Below are positions 1 through 6,927 of a stretch of 10,746 bases of DNA, one piece after another. The notes under the pieces were generated by a model. The model searched no databases. It was given only the letters and a program-made list of their open reading frames with translations, and was not told the DNA's origin. The DNA is from a virus: UHGV virus genome UHGV-1693931, one strand, 5' to 3'. Each line of letters begins with the position of its first letter. Position 1 is the first letter of the stretch. The position numbers and the translations under genes were made by a program.

Positions 1-605
1 CCTCAGACCGCAGCAAAAACCCGATGCTGCAGGATGTGGCCGTCGGCTGGCTGCAGAAGTACCGCAACGAAGCCCCGGCGCGTGTGATGAGTAACATCAC
101 CGACGCTGACGGTAAGGTCGTTTCGGCGGTGATTCGTGTCGGTAAGAACGGCGACTATGAGAACCTCGACGCGCTGGTGATGGACGGTACCAACACCCTG
201 ATTGACGAGATTTATCAGGATGACCCGAAACTCGTTGCTATCGTTGGTCGTAAGCTGCTGGCCGACAAATATTTCCCGCTGGTGAACAAACAGCAGGAAA
301 ACACCGAGTCACTCGCGGCGGATATCATCATCAGCCAGAAGCGCATCGGTAACCTGCCCGCCGTTCGCGTGCCGTACTTCCCGGCGAATGCGGTGCTTGT
401 TACCACGCTGGAAAACCTCTCTATCTACTTCATGGATGAGAGCCACCGCCGCAGCATTGATGAGAACCCGAAAAAAGACCGCGTGGAAAACTACGAGTCG
501 ATGAACATTGACTATGTGGTAGAGGCGTATGCCGCCGGTTGCCTGCTGGAAAACATCACACTCGGCGATTTCACCGCACCTGCAGCACCGGAAAGCGGAG
601 AGTAA
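1..605 (+). CDS. N: major capsid protein, C-terminal part (P2 gpN family); 5' end outside window
   Basis: Reading frame open from the left edge (codons from position 3, no stop) to TAA 603-605. Translation ...MLQDVAVGWLQKYRNEAPARVMSNITDADGKV...YESMNIDYVVEAYAAGC... is recognisable as the C-terminus of the P2 gpN capsid protein. The small terminase gene follows 4 nt later as in P2. Confidence 0.88.
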   Translation, partial: SDRSKNPMLQDVAVGWLQKYRNEAPARVMSNITDADGKVVSAVIRVGKNGDYENLDALVMDGTNTLIDEIYQDDPKLVAIVGRKLLADKYFPLVNKQQENTESLAADIIISQKRIGNLPAVRVPYFPANAVLVTTLENLSIYFMDESHRRSIDENPKKDRVENYESMNIDYVVEAYAAGCLLENITLGDFTAPAAPESGE

Positions 606-609
606 GCCC

Positions 610-1359
610 ATGACGAGCCCCGCACAGCGTCACATGATGCGGGTCTCGGCCTCTCAAGCCGCGCAGCGGGAACAAGCCCCGCTGCGCCATGCAACCGCCT
701 ATGAGCAGATGCTGGTAAAGCTGGCCGATGACCGCCGCACGTTGAAAACCATCCGTTCAAACGAACTGAAAGCCGCGAAAAAGCGCGAGCTGCTGCCGTT
801 CTATGCGCCGTGGGTTGCCGGTGTGCTGGCTGATGGCCGTGGCGCACAGGATGACATTCTGATGACCGTCATGCTGTGGCGTCTTGATGCCGGTGATATC
901 GCTGGCGCGCTGGAGATTGCGCCCTACGCGCTGAAATACGGCCTCACCTCTGACCATCGCCGCACCACGCCTTACATGCTGGTTGAGGAGGTGGCGCTTG
1001 CCGCGCTGCGCCTGCGCGATGCCGGTAAGCCTGTCGACCTCGCATTACTGCTGACCACCATCAGCCTGACCGACGGCGCTGACGTTCCCGATATGGTGCG
1101 CGCCCGTCTGCATAAGGTGACTGGCCTGACCCTGCGCGATACCGGTAAGAACGCCGACGCGCTGGCGCAGTTTCAGCGCGCGATGCAGCTCGACCGCAAT
1201 GCCGGTGTACGCAAAGAGATTGAGCGGCTGGAGCGCGCATTGAAGCCTAAGCCCGAGGCTGCGCCCCGTAAAACGACTAAACCGCGCACGCGCAAACCTG
1301 CCACCAAACCGGCGGCAAAGCGCGGGCGTCCACCAAAGGCGGTAAAAACCGCCGGTTAA
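610..1359 (+). CDS. M: terminase small (endonuclease) subunit, P2 gpM family
   Basis: ATG 610 with GGAG at 597-600; product begins MTSPAQRHMMRV..., matching the P2 gpM N-terminus. The upstream in-frame ATG 529 of the ORF track lies inside N and is not used. Lys/Pro/Arg-rich C-terminal tail. Confidence 0.9.
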   Translation: MTSPAQRHMMRVSASQAAQREQAPLRHATAYEQMLVKLADDRRTLKTIRSNELKAAKKRELLPFYAPWVAGVLADGRGAQDDILMTVMLWRLDAGDIAGALEIAPYALKYGLTSDHRRTTPYMLVEEVALAALRLRDAGKPVDLALLLTTISLTDGADVPDMVRARLHKVTGLTLRDTGKNADALAQFQRAMQLDRNAGVRKEIERLERALKPKPEAAPRKTTKPRTRKPATKPAAKRGRPPKAVKTAG

Positions 1360-1452
1360 CTGAACGCTCCCCGAGCCGGGCGGCACGCCGGTCAAAGCGG
1401 GTTTTGACCCTGACGGCGACCGGCGTCCACCGCCCAACCTAATGAGGTTGTC

Positions 1453-1962
1453 ATGACGACAGTAATACTGAATCAGCCCGACGAACCGCAGGACGTACCG
1501 GGCGTGGTGATTCCCGCACCGGAGACGGGCGACGCAGTGATTAAAAATACGTTCTTTTTCCCTGATGTGGATCCGAAGCGGGTGCGCGAGCTGATGCGCC
1601 TTGAGCAGACGGTTTCCGATGCGCGCCTGCGCAACGCCATCAAGACAGGCATGGCGGAAACCAATGCGGAGCTTTATGACTACCGGCTGCGCCAGATTGC
1701 AGCCGGGTTTAAGACACTGGCCGACGTGCCTGACGCCGAGGAAATCGACGGTGAGAATGTGCGCATTTTCCACTACCTGAGCGCCGTGACGGCGATGGCA
1801 ACCGCCACCCTGTATGAGCGTTATCGCGGGGTTGAGGCCACCGGCAAGGGTGACAAAAAAGCTGACAGCGTCGAAACCACCATTGATGACCTGTGGCGGG
1901 ATATGCGCTGGTCGGTCGCGCGCCTGCAGGATAAGCCGCGCTGCATCGTGGGTCAGCTCTAA
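1453..1962 (+). CDS. L: head completion/stabilisation protein, P2 gpL family
   Basis: 169-aa ORF starting ATG 1453 with GAGG 8 nt upstream; translation MTTVILNQPDEP...YLSAVTAMATATLYERYRG... is gpL-like; position between M and X as in P2. Confidence 0.9.
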   Translation: MTTVILNQPDEPQDVPGVVIPAPETGDAVIKNTFFFPDVDPKRVRELMRLEQTVSDARLRNAIKTGMAETNAELYDYRLRQIAAGFKTLADVPDAEEIDGENVRIFHYLSAVTAMATATLYERYRGVEATGKGDKKADSVETTIDDLWRDMRWSVARLQDKPRCIVGQL

Positions 1963-2165
1963 TGAAAGTCTACGCGATGCAGGGCGATACCCTCGACGCG
2001 CTTTGTGCCCGGTATTACGGGCGCACTAAGGGTGTGGTCGAGACGGTGCTGCAGGCTAACCCCGGCCTGTCTGAGCTGGGCGTCATTCTGCCGCATGGCA
2101 CGGCGATTGACCTGCCCGACGTGGCATCGTCACCCGTAACAGAAACTATCAACCTTTGGGAGTAA
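1962..2165 (+). CDS. X: tail protein X (small LysM-like tail protein), P2 gpX family
   Basis: 67-aa ORF; ATG overlaps the L stop (TAATG at 1960-1964); translation MKVYAMQGDTLDALCARYYG...AIDLPDV is gpX-like; size and position match P2. Confidence 0.85.
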   Translation: MKVYAMQGDTLDALCARYYGRTKGVVETVLQANPGLSELGVILPHGTAIDLPDVASSPVTETINLWE

Positions 2166-2168
2166 ACC

Positions 2169-2465
2169 ATGACAGAAGGGGAAAAAGGCGTCCTGTCACT
2201 GTTTGTGATTGGCGTGATGATTGTTGTCGGAAAAGTGCTGGCGGGTGGTGAGCCCATTACCCCGCGCCTGTTTATCGGCCGCATGCTGCTCGGCGGTTTT
2301 GTTTCAATGGTCGCCGGTGTTGTTCTGGTGCAGTTTCCAGATATGTCACTGCCTGCCGTTTGTGGAATTGGATCCATGCTCGGCATTGCAGGTTATCAGG
2401 TGGTGGAAATCGCCATTCAGCGCCGCTTTAAGTCACAACAGGGGGATAGCGATGCCGGTCATTAA
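2169..2465 (+). CDS. Y: holin (P2 gpY-like, predicted three transmembrane segments)
   Basis: 98-aa ORF immediately upstream of the endolysin gene. Three hydrophobic stretches (VLSLFVIGVMIVVGKVLAGG, LLGGFVSMVAGVVLVQF, LPAVCGIGSMLGIAGYQVV) and a charged C-terminus (QRRFKSQQGDSD), the usual class I holin layout. Confidence 0.8.
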   Translation: MTEGEKGVLSLFVIGVMIVVGKVLAGGEPITPRLFIGRMLLGGFVSMVAGVVLVQFPDMSLPAVCGIGSMLGIAGYQVVEIAIQRRFKSQQGDSDAGH

Positions 2466-2949
2466 TACTCACCAGAATATCGCCGCGTTTCTGGACATGT
2501 TGGCCTATTCCGAAGGGACGGCGACGCATCCGCTGACGAAAAATAGTGGTTACGACGTCATTGTCACTGGCATTGATGGCAAGCCGGAAATTTTCACCGA
2601 CTACACCGACCACCCTTTCGCACACGGCAGACCAGCGAAAGTGTTTAATCGACGCGGCGAAAAATCCACGGCATCAGGGCGTTACCAGCAGCTTTATCTC
2701 TACTGGCCGCACTATCAGAAACAGCTCGCATTGCCTGATTTCAGCCCGTTGTCGCAGGACAAACTTGCGATTCAGTTAATCCGGGAGCGTGGTGCCATTG
2801 AGGATATTAAGGCGGGGCGTATTGAGCGAGCAATTTCACGTTGCCGCAATATCTGGGCGTCGCTGCCGGGGGCCGGTTACGGCCAGCGTGAGCACAGCCT
2901 CGACAAACTGGTCACTGTGTGGCGCACGGCTGGCGGGGTGATGGCATGA
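2452..2949 (+). CDS. K: endolysin (phage lysozyme, P2 gpK family)
   Basis: ATG 2452 overlaps the holin 3' end by 14 nt in another frame; 165-aa product MPVINTHQNIAAFLDMLAYSEGTATHPLTKNSGYDVIVTG... matches the P2 gpK lysozyme. The longer 2221 start in the ORF track overlaps most of the holin and is rejected. Confidence 0.92.
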   Translation: MPVINTHQNIAAFLDMLAYSEGTATHPLTKNSGYDVIVTGIDGKPEIFTDYTDHPFAHGRPAKVFNRRGEKSTASGRYQQLYLYWPHYQKQLALPDFSPLSQDKLAIQLIRERGAIEDIKAGRIERAISRCRNIWASLPGAGYGQREHSLDKLVTVWRTAGGVMA

Positions 2950-3359
2950 AAATCCTGATAACGCTGCTGGTGCTGGCCGTGTTCGGGCTGCTGTGGTTGC
3001 GCCATGAGAACGGCAATTTATCCCGCTCCTTTGAGACGGCAAACCGCGTCGCGAGCGAACAAAAGACGACGATTGGCATGCTGAAAAATCAGCTCAGTGT
3101 TGCCGGTCAGCTTGCCCGACGTAATGAATCCGCGCAGGTGGAACTGCGCGAACAGCTCGCAAAGGCCAGTGCAGAGGCCAGCCGCCGTGAGCAGACGATA
3201 ACGAGGTTACTTAATGAAAATGAAGCCTTTCGCCGCTGGTATAACGCTGCTCTGCCTGACGTTGTGCGTCGGCTGCACATCCGCACCGCCTGCGCCAGCG
3301 CCGGTGATTGTGGTCAACGGATGCCCGAGAGTGAGCCTTTGCCCGATGCCGGGAAGTGA
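2946..3359 (+). CDS. lysB: LysB, Rz-like inner-membrane spanin component
   Basis: ATG 2946 overlaps the K stop (ATGA). Product begins MKILITLLVLAVFGLLWL (N-terminal membrane anchor) followed by a charged, probably coiled-coil region (ELREQLAKASAEASRREQTITRLLNENEAFRRW). The GTG at 2919 in the ORF track would add 9 residues inside K and is less likely. Confidence 0.8.
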   Translation: MKILITLLVLAVFGLLWLRHENGNLSRSFETANRVASEQKTTIGMLKNQLSVAGQLARRNESAQVELREQLAKASAEASRREQTITRLLNENEAFRRWYNAALPDVVRRLHIRTACASAGDCGQRMPESEPLPDAGK

Positions 3360-3504
3360 CCCGAAAACCAATGGCGACCTGAGCGCAGATATCCGCCGCC
3401 TTGAGGGCGCGCTGACCGCCTGCGCGCTGCAGGTCAAAACCGTCAAACACTGTCAGGATGAACTCGATGCAGAAGCACAAAAGCCTGCGCAAAGCGCTGA
3501 TTAA
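3214..3504 (+). CDS. lysC: LysC, Rz1-like outer-membrane lipoprotein spanin component, embedded out of frame in lysB
   Basis: 96-aa ORF in the +1 frame relative to lysB, starting inside lysB and ending 145 nt past its stop. GAGG (3203-3206) 7 nt before ATG 3214. Signal peptide with lipobox-like LTLCVGC followed by a Pro-rich mature part (SAPPAPAPVIVVNGCP). Same arrangement as P2 lysB/lysC. Confidence 0.75.
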   Translation: MKMKPFAAGITLLCLTLCVGCTSAPPAPAPVIVVNGCPRVSLCPMPGSDPKTNGDLSADIRRLEGALTACALQVKTVKHCQDELDAEAQKPAQSAD

Positions 3505-3934
3505 CGCCGTGCCGCAGCTCCGAAATAACCCCGATATGCTGCGCCTATTTGCCGACAACGGCCATACCGATTCCCGACTGGCGAGCTCGCTGTCGTTTGA
3601 AAAGGTGTATGTGCTGAACGTGGTGGTGACCGACTTTACCGGCGACCTTGATTTGATATTCGTGCCGGTGCAGGCGTGGCTGCGTGAACATCAGCCGGAC
3701 ATTATGACCACCGACGACGGGCGGGAAAAAGGATTCACCTGGATTATTGATATCAATAACGATGATTCGCTCGATATCAGTATCAGCCTGAGGCTCACCG
3801 AGCGCACGCTCGTCAAAGAGGTCGATGGCGCGCTGCATGTCAGTTATGCGCCAGAGCCGCCACTGCCTGAGCTGGTGACGCGCCCGGTTGCTATGTATGC
3901 AAACGGTGAATTAGTGAGCCAGTGGGATGAGTGA
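3467..3934 (+). CDS. R: tail completion protein R (P2 gpR family)
   Basis: Translation MQKHKSLRKALINAVPQLRNNPDMLRLFADNG...ISISLRLTERTLVKEVDGALHV... is gpR-like. ATG 3467 has AGGA (3455-3458) 8 nt upstream; the in-frame ATG at 3458 lacks a Shine-Dalgarno and is a less likely start. Overlaps the lysC 3' end. Confidence 0.88.
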   Translation: MQKHKSLRKALINAVPQLRNNPDMLRLFADNGHTDSRLASSLSFEKVYVLNVVVTDFTGDLDLIFVPVQAWLREHQPDIMTTDDGREKGFTWIIDINNDDSLDISISLRLTERTLVKEVDGALHVSYAPEPPLPELVTRPVAMYANGELVSQWDE

Positions 3935-4376
3935 GTTAACCGCGCTGCAGGAGCGTCTTGCCGGTCTGATTGCCAGTCTGTCACCGGCGGCGCGTCGGCA
4001 AATGGCGGCTGAGATTGCGAAAAAGCTGCGTACCAGTCAGCAACAGTGCATCAAGCGCCAGCAGGCACCAGACGGCACCCCGTATGCCGCGAGAAAGCGT
4101 CAGCCGGTGCGGAGCAAGAAAGGCCGCATTAAGCGCGAAATGTTCGCCAAACTGCGCACTAGTCGCTTTATGAAAGCCAAAGGCAGCGACAGTGCGGCGG
4201 TGGTGGAGTTTACCGGCAAGGTGCAGCGCATGGCGCGGGTGCATCAGTACGGCCTCAAAGACCGGCCAAACCGCAACAGTCGGGATGTGCAGTATGAGGC
4301 GCGGCCGTTGCTCGGTTTCACCCGCGACGATGAGCAGATGATTGAAGACGTCATTATCAGGCACCTCGGCAAATAA
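3927..4376 (+). CDS. S: tail completion protein S (P2 gpS family)
   Basis: 149-aa ORF; ATG 3927 overlaps the R stop (ATGAGTGA); translation MSELTALQERLAGLIASLSPAARRQMAAEIAKKLRTSQQQ... is gpS-like. Confidence 0.9.
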   Translation: MSELTALQERLAGLIASLSPAARRQMAAEIAKKLRTSQQQCIKRQQAPDGTPYAARKRQPVRSKKGRIKREMFAKLRTSRFMKAKGSDSAAVVEFTGKVQRMARVHQYGLKDRPNRNSRDVQYEARPLLGFTRDDEQMIEDVIIRHLGK

Positions 4377-4444
4377 ATATTGTGTGAACCACCACCGGAG
4401 CCGCGCGAATTGGCGCGACTCCAGACCAGAGGCATCCTTGCACT
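4377..4444 (+). promoter_or_regulatory. S-V intergenic region; candidate late promoter region for the V-W-J-I-H-G operon
   Basis: Only 68-bp gap in an otherwise overlapping gene series, at the position of the P2 late promoter P_V. A 5-bp GC stem (4402-4406 with 4413-4417) is present. No convincing sigma70 hexamers and no exact TGT-N12-ACA dyad were found by eye, so this rests mainly on position. Confidence 0.25.
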
Positions 4445-5086
4445 ATGAATACGTTATCCACGATACAGGAGCTCGCGCGCGCGATTCGCAATCTCATCCG
4501 GTCAGGTGTGGTGACTGAGGTCGATACCGTGCAGGGGCTGTGCCGTGTACAAAGCGGCGGGATCCAGACTACATGGCTGAACTGGCTGACCACCCGCGCC
4601 GGTCGTTCGCGGACGTGGTGGGCACCCTCGGTCGGTGAGCAGGTGCTGCTGCTGGCCATCGGTGGCGAGCTTGATACCGCTTTTGTGCTGCCGGGTATTT
4701 TCTCCGACGATAACCCCGCCCCGTCTGCCTCGGCGGATGCGTGGCATGTGGCTTTTCCTGATGGTGCGGTCATTGAGTACGAGCCCGAGACCGGCGCGCT
4801 GACGGTCAGCGGCATCAAAACGGCCGACGTGACGGCATCGGAATCTATCACCGCAACCGTGCCGCTGGTACTGGTGAAAGCCTCGACCAGCATCACCCTC
4901 GACACCCCTGAGGTGATTTGCACCAATAAGCTGACGACGGCGACGCTTGAGGTGCAAAAGGGCGGCACGATGAAAGGCAATATCGCGCATTCCGGCGGGA
5001 AATTAACCTCTAACGGTGTGCAGGTTGATGACCATGACCACGGCAATGTGCAGAGCGGCGGAAGCTGGACGAAGGGGATTCAATGA
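4445..5086 (+). CDS. V: baseplate central spike/assembly protein V (P2 gpV family)
   Basis: 213-aa ORF; translation MNTLSTIQELARAIRNLIRSGVVTEVDTVQGLCRVQSGG...VQVDDHDHGNVQSGG is gpV-like. Confidence 0.92.
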   Translation: MNTLSTIQELARAIRNLIRSGVVTEVDTVQGLCRVQSGGIQTTWLNWLTTRAGRSRTWWAPSVGEQVLLLAIGGELDTAFVLPGIFSDDNPAPSASADAWHVAFPDGAVIEYEPETGALTVSGIKTADVTASESITATVPLVLVKASTSITLDTPEVICTNKLTTATLEVQKGGTMKGNIAHSGGKLTSNGVQVDDHDHGNVQSGGSWTKGIQ

Positions 5087-5430
5087 CGGTGCGCTATCAG
5101 GGTATGAACCGAAATACCGGCCTCGGCATCAGCGACACTGAGCACATCAGCCAGAGCATGCGCGACATTCTGCTGACGCCGGTCGGGTCGCGGGTGATGC
5201 GTCGTGAATATGGCTCGCTTCTGTCGGAGCTGATTGATATGCCGCAAAACCCGGCGCTCAGGCTGCAAATTATGGTGGCGTGCTATTCGGCAATCCAGAA
5301 GTGGGAGCCGCGCATCAGGCTTACCGCTATCAGCTTTGAGACCGGCGACGCTGGCGAGATGTATGTCGATATTACCGGGATGCGTACCGATAACGGTGCG
5401 TCAGTTTCAACCACTGTTTCACTGAGTTAA
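5083..5430 (+). CDS. W: baseplate wedge protein W (P2 gpW / T4 gp25-like family)
   Basis: 115-aa ORF; ATG overlaps the V stop (ATGA at 5083-5086); translation MTVRYQGMNRNTGLGISDTEHISQSMRDILLTPVGSRVMRREYGS... is gpW-like. Confidence 0.9.
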   Translation: MTVRYQGMNRNTGLGISDTEHISQSMRDILLTPVGSRVMRREYGSLLSELIDMPQNPALRLQIMVACYSAIQKWEPRIRLTAISFETGDAGEMYVDITGMRTDNGASVSTTVSLS

Positions 5431-5456
5431 ATCACTATGGCAAACGTTGACCTGAC

Positions 5457-6326
5457 GTGGTTGAGGAACTGAACTATGAAACCATCCTTGCGGAGCGCAT
5501 TGCGACGCTGATTTCGCTCTATCCAGAAGACCAGCAGGAGGCTATTGCCCGGACGCTGGCACTTGAGTCGGAGCCGATTGTTAAGCTGCTGCAGGAAAAC
5601 GCCTACCGTGAAGTTATCTGGCGTCAGCGGGTGAACGAAGCCGCGCAGGCGGTAACGCTGGCCTATTCCTCCGGTAACGACCTCGACGTCGTGGCCGGGA
5701 ACAACAATACCAAACGCCTGACCATCACCCCGGCGGATGACACCACCATCCCGCCGACGCCTGCCGTTATGGAATCCGATACCGACCTGCGTCTGCGCAC
5801 GCAACAGGCGTTTGAAGGCTTGAGTGTTGCGGGGCCGGTCGGTGCATATGAATATCACGGGCGCAGCGCTGACGGGCGAGTCGCTGATGTGTCGGTCACC
5901 AGTCCGTCGCCAGCCTGCGTGACGATTACGGTGCTATCGCGCGAGGGTGACGGCACTGCCAGCCCTGAACTACTGGCGATTGTTGATAAAGCGCTGAACG
6001 CCGAAGATGTGCGGCCGGTGGCCGACCGGGTAACTGTCCAGTCAGCCGAGATTGTGCCGTACCAGATTGACGCGATGCTCTACGTTTACCCCGGCCCGGA
6101 ATCCGAACCCATCCGACAGGCATCAGAGCAGAAGCTGCAGAGCTATATCAGCGCGCAGCACCGCCTCGGGCGTGATATACGCCTGTCAGCCATTTATGCG
6201 GCGCTGCATGTCGAAGGTGTGCAACGTGTCGAGCTGGCATCGCCGCAGGCCGACATTGTGCTGAGTAAGTCGCAGGCGTCGAACTGTACCGAATACCAGA
6301 TAACTATCGGGGGATCGGATGAGTGA
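5457..6326 (+). CDS. J: baseplate assembly protein J (P2 gpJ family); start uncertain, apparent GTG start or 5' frame disruption
   Basis: 289-aa frame from GTG 5457; translation VVEELNYETILAERIATLISLYPEDQQEA...RLGRDIRLSAIYAALHVEGVQRVEL... is clearly gpJ-like. An in-frame TGA (5448-5450) sits two codons upstream, and the nearest ATG (5437) is in another frame and stops after 11 codons. Confidence 0.82.
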   Translation: MVEELNYETILAERIATLISLYPEDQQEAIARTLALESEPIVKLLQENAYREVIWRQRVNEAAQAVTLAYSSGNDLDVVAGNNNTKRLTITPADDTTIPPTPAVMESDTDLRLRTQQAFEGLSVAGPVGAYEYHGRSADGRVADVSVTSPSPACVTITVLSREGDGTASPELLAIVDKALNAEDVRPVADRVTVQSAEIVPYQIDAMLYVYPGPESEPIRQASEQKLQSYISAQHRLGRDIRLSAIYAALHVEGVQRVELASPQADIVLSKSQASNCTEYQITIGGSDE

Positions 6327-6927
6327 CCGACTTTTACCCGTTGGTTCATCACCGCTGGAAGTCGCCGCCGCTGCCGCGCTCGCAGAGATTAAGCGTGTGC
6401 CGGTACCGCTGCGCACGTTGTGGAACTGGCGCGACTGCCCGGTGAAGCTGTTGCCGTATCTGGCATGGGCGCTGTCGGTCGACAGGTGGGATGAGAAGTG
6501 GCCGGAGGCGACAAAACGCAGCGTCTGTGCTTCCTCGTTTTTCATCCATCAGCACAAAGGCACCATCAGCGCATTGCGTCGGGTGGTTGAGCCGCTCGGT
6601 TTTCTGATTGAGGTGCGCGAATGGTGGCAGCTCGGCGAGGAGCCAGGCACATTCCGCCTTGTTGTCGGTGTGCTCGACAGCGGCATTACTGACGAAATGT
6701 ATCAGGAGCTTGAGCGTCTGATTGAAGACGCCAAACCGGCAAGTCGCCATCTGACCGGGCTGGCTATCAGTCTGAGCGCGACCGGCGAACTGTGTGTCGG
6801 CGCAGGATGCTATCACGGCGACGCGCTGACCGTTTACCCCTACACCCCAGAGGAAATTGTCGTCGGCGGTGAATATTACCCGGCCTCGGCCATCCATTTG
6901 ATTGATAACATGAGAGTGAATGCATGA
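6319..6927 (+). CDS. I: baseplate/tail protein I (P2 gpI family)
   Basis: 202-aa ORF; ATG 6319 overlaps the J 3' end by 8 nt; translation MSDRLLPVGSSPLEVAAAAALAEIKRVPVPLRTLWNW...LAWALSVDRWDEKWPE... is gpI-like. Confidence 0.88.
   Translation: MSDRLLPVGSSPLEVAAAAALAEIKRVPVPLRTLWNWRDCPVKLLPYLAWALSVDRWDEKWPEATKRSVCASSFFIHQHKGTISALRRVVEPLGFLIEVREWWQLGEEPGTFRLVVGVLDSGITDEMYQELERLIEDAKPASRHLTGLAISLSATGELCVGAGCYHGDALTVYPYTPEEIVVGGEYYPASAIHLIDNMRVNA

Noticed and set aside
529-609. Upstream in-frame ATG for terminase small subunit M
   Set aside because: Lies inside the capsid gene N; the homologous N-terminus (MTSPAQRHMM) begins at 610 with a GGAG upstream.
1045-1773. 242-aa - strand ORF
   Set aside because: Antisense to the 3' end of M and the 5' end of L, spanning the M-L intergenic region; Arg/Gly/Leu-rich translation with no recognisable features; both sense genes have strong homology support.
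2015-2386. 123-aa - strand ORF
   Set aside because: Antisense to X and the holin gene; Pro/Ser/Thr-rich shadow ORF.
2221-2451. Upstream extension of the endolysin ORF (alternative start at 2221)
   Set aside because: Would overlap almost the whole holin gene in another frame and add a Cys/Trp-rich N-terminus; the product aligns with gpK from the Met at 2452.
4357-5046. 229-aa - strand ORF
   Set aside because: Lies antisense within the clearly gpV-homologous gene; Ser/Thr/Ala/Val-rich low-complexity translation typical of a shadow ORF in GC-rich coding DNA.
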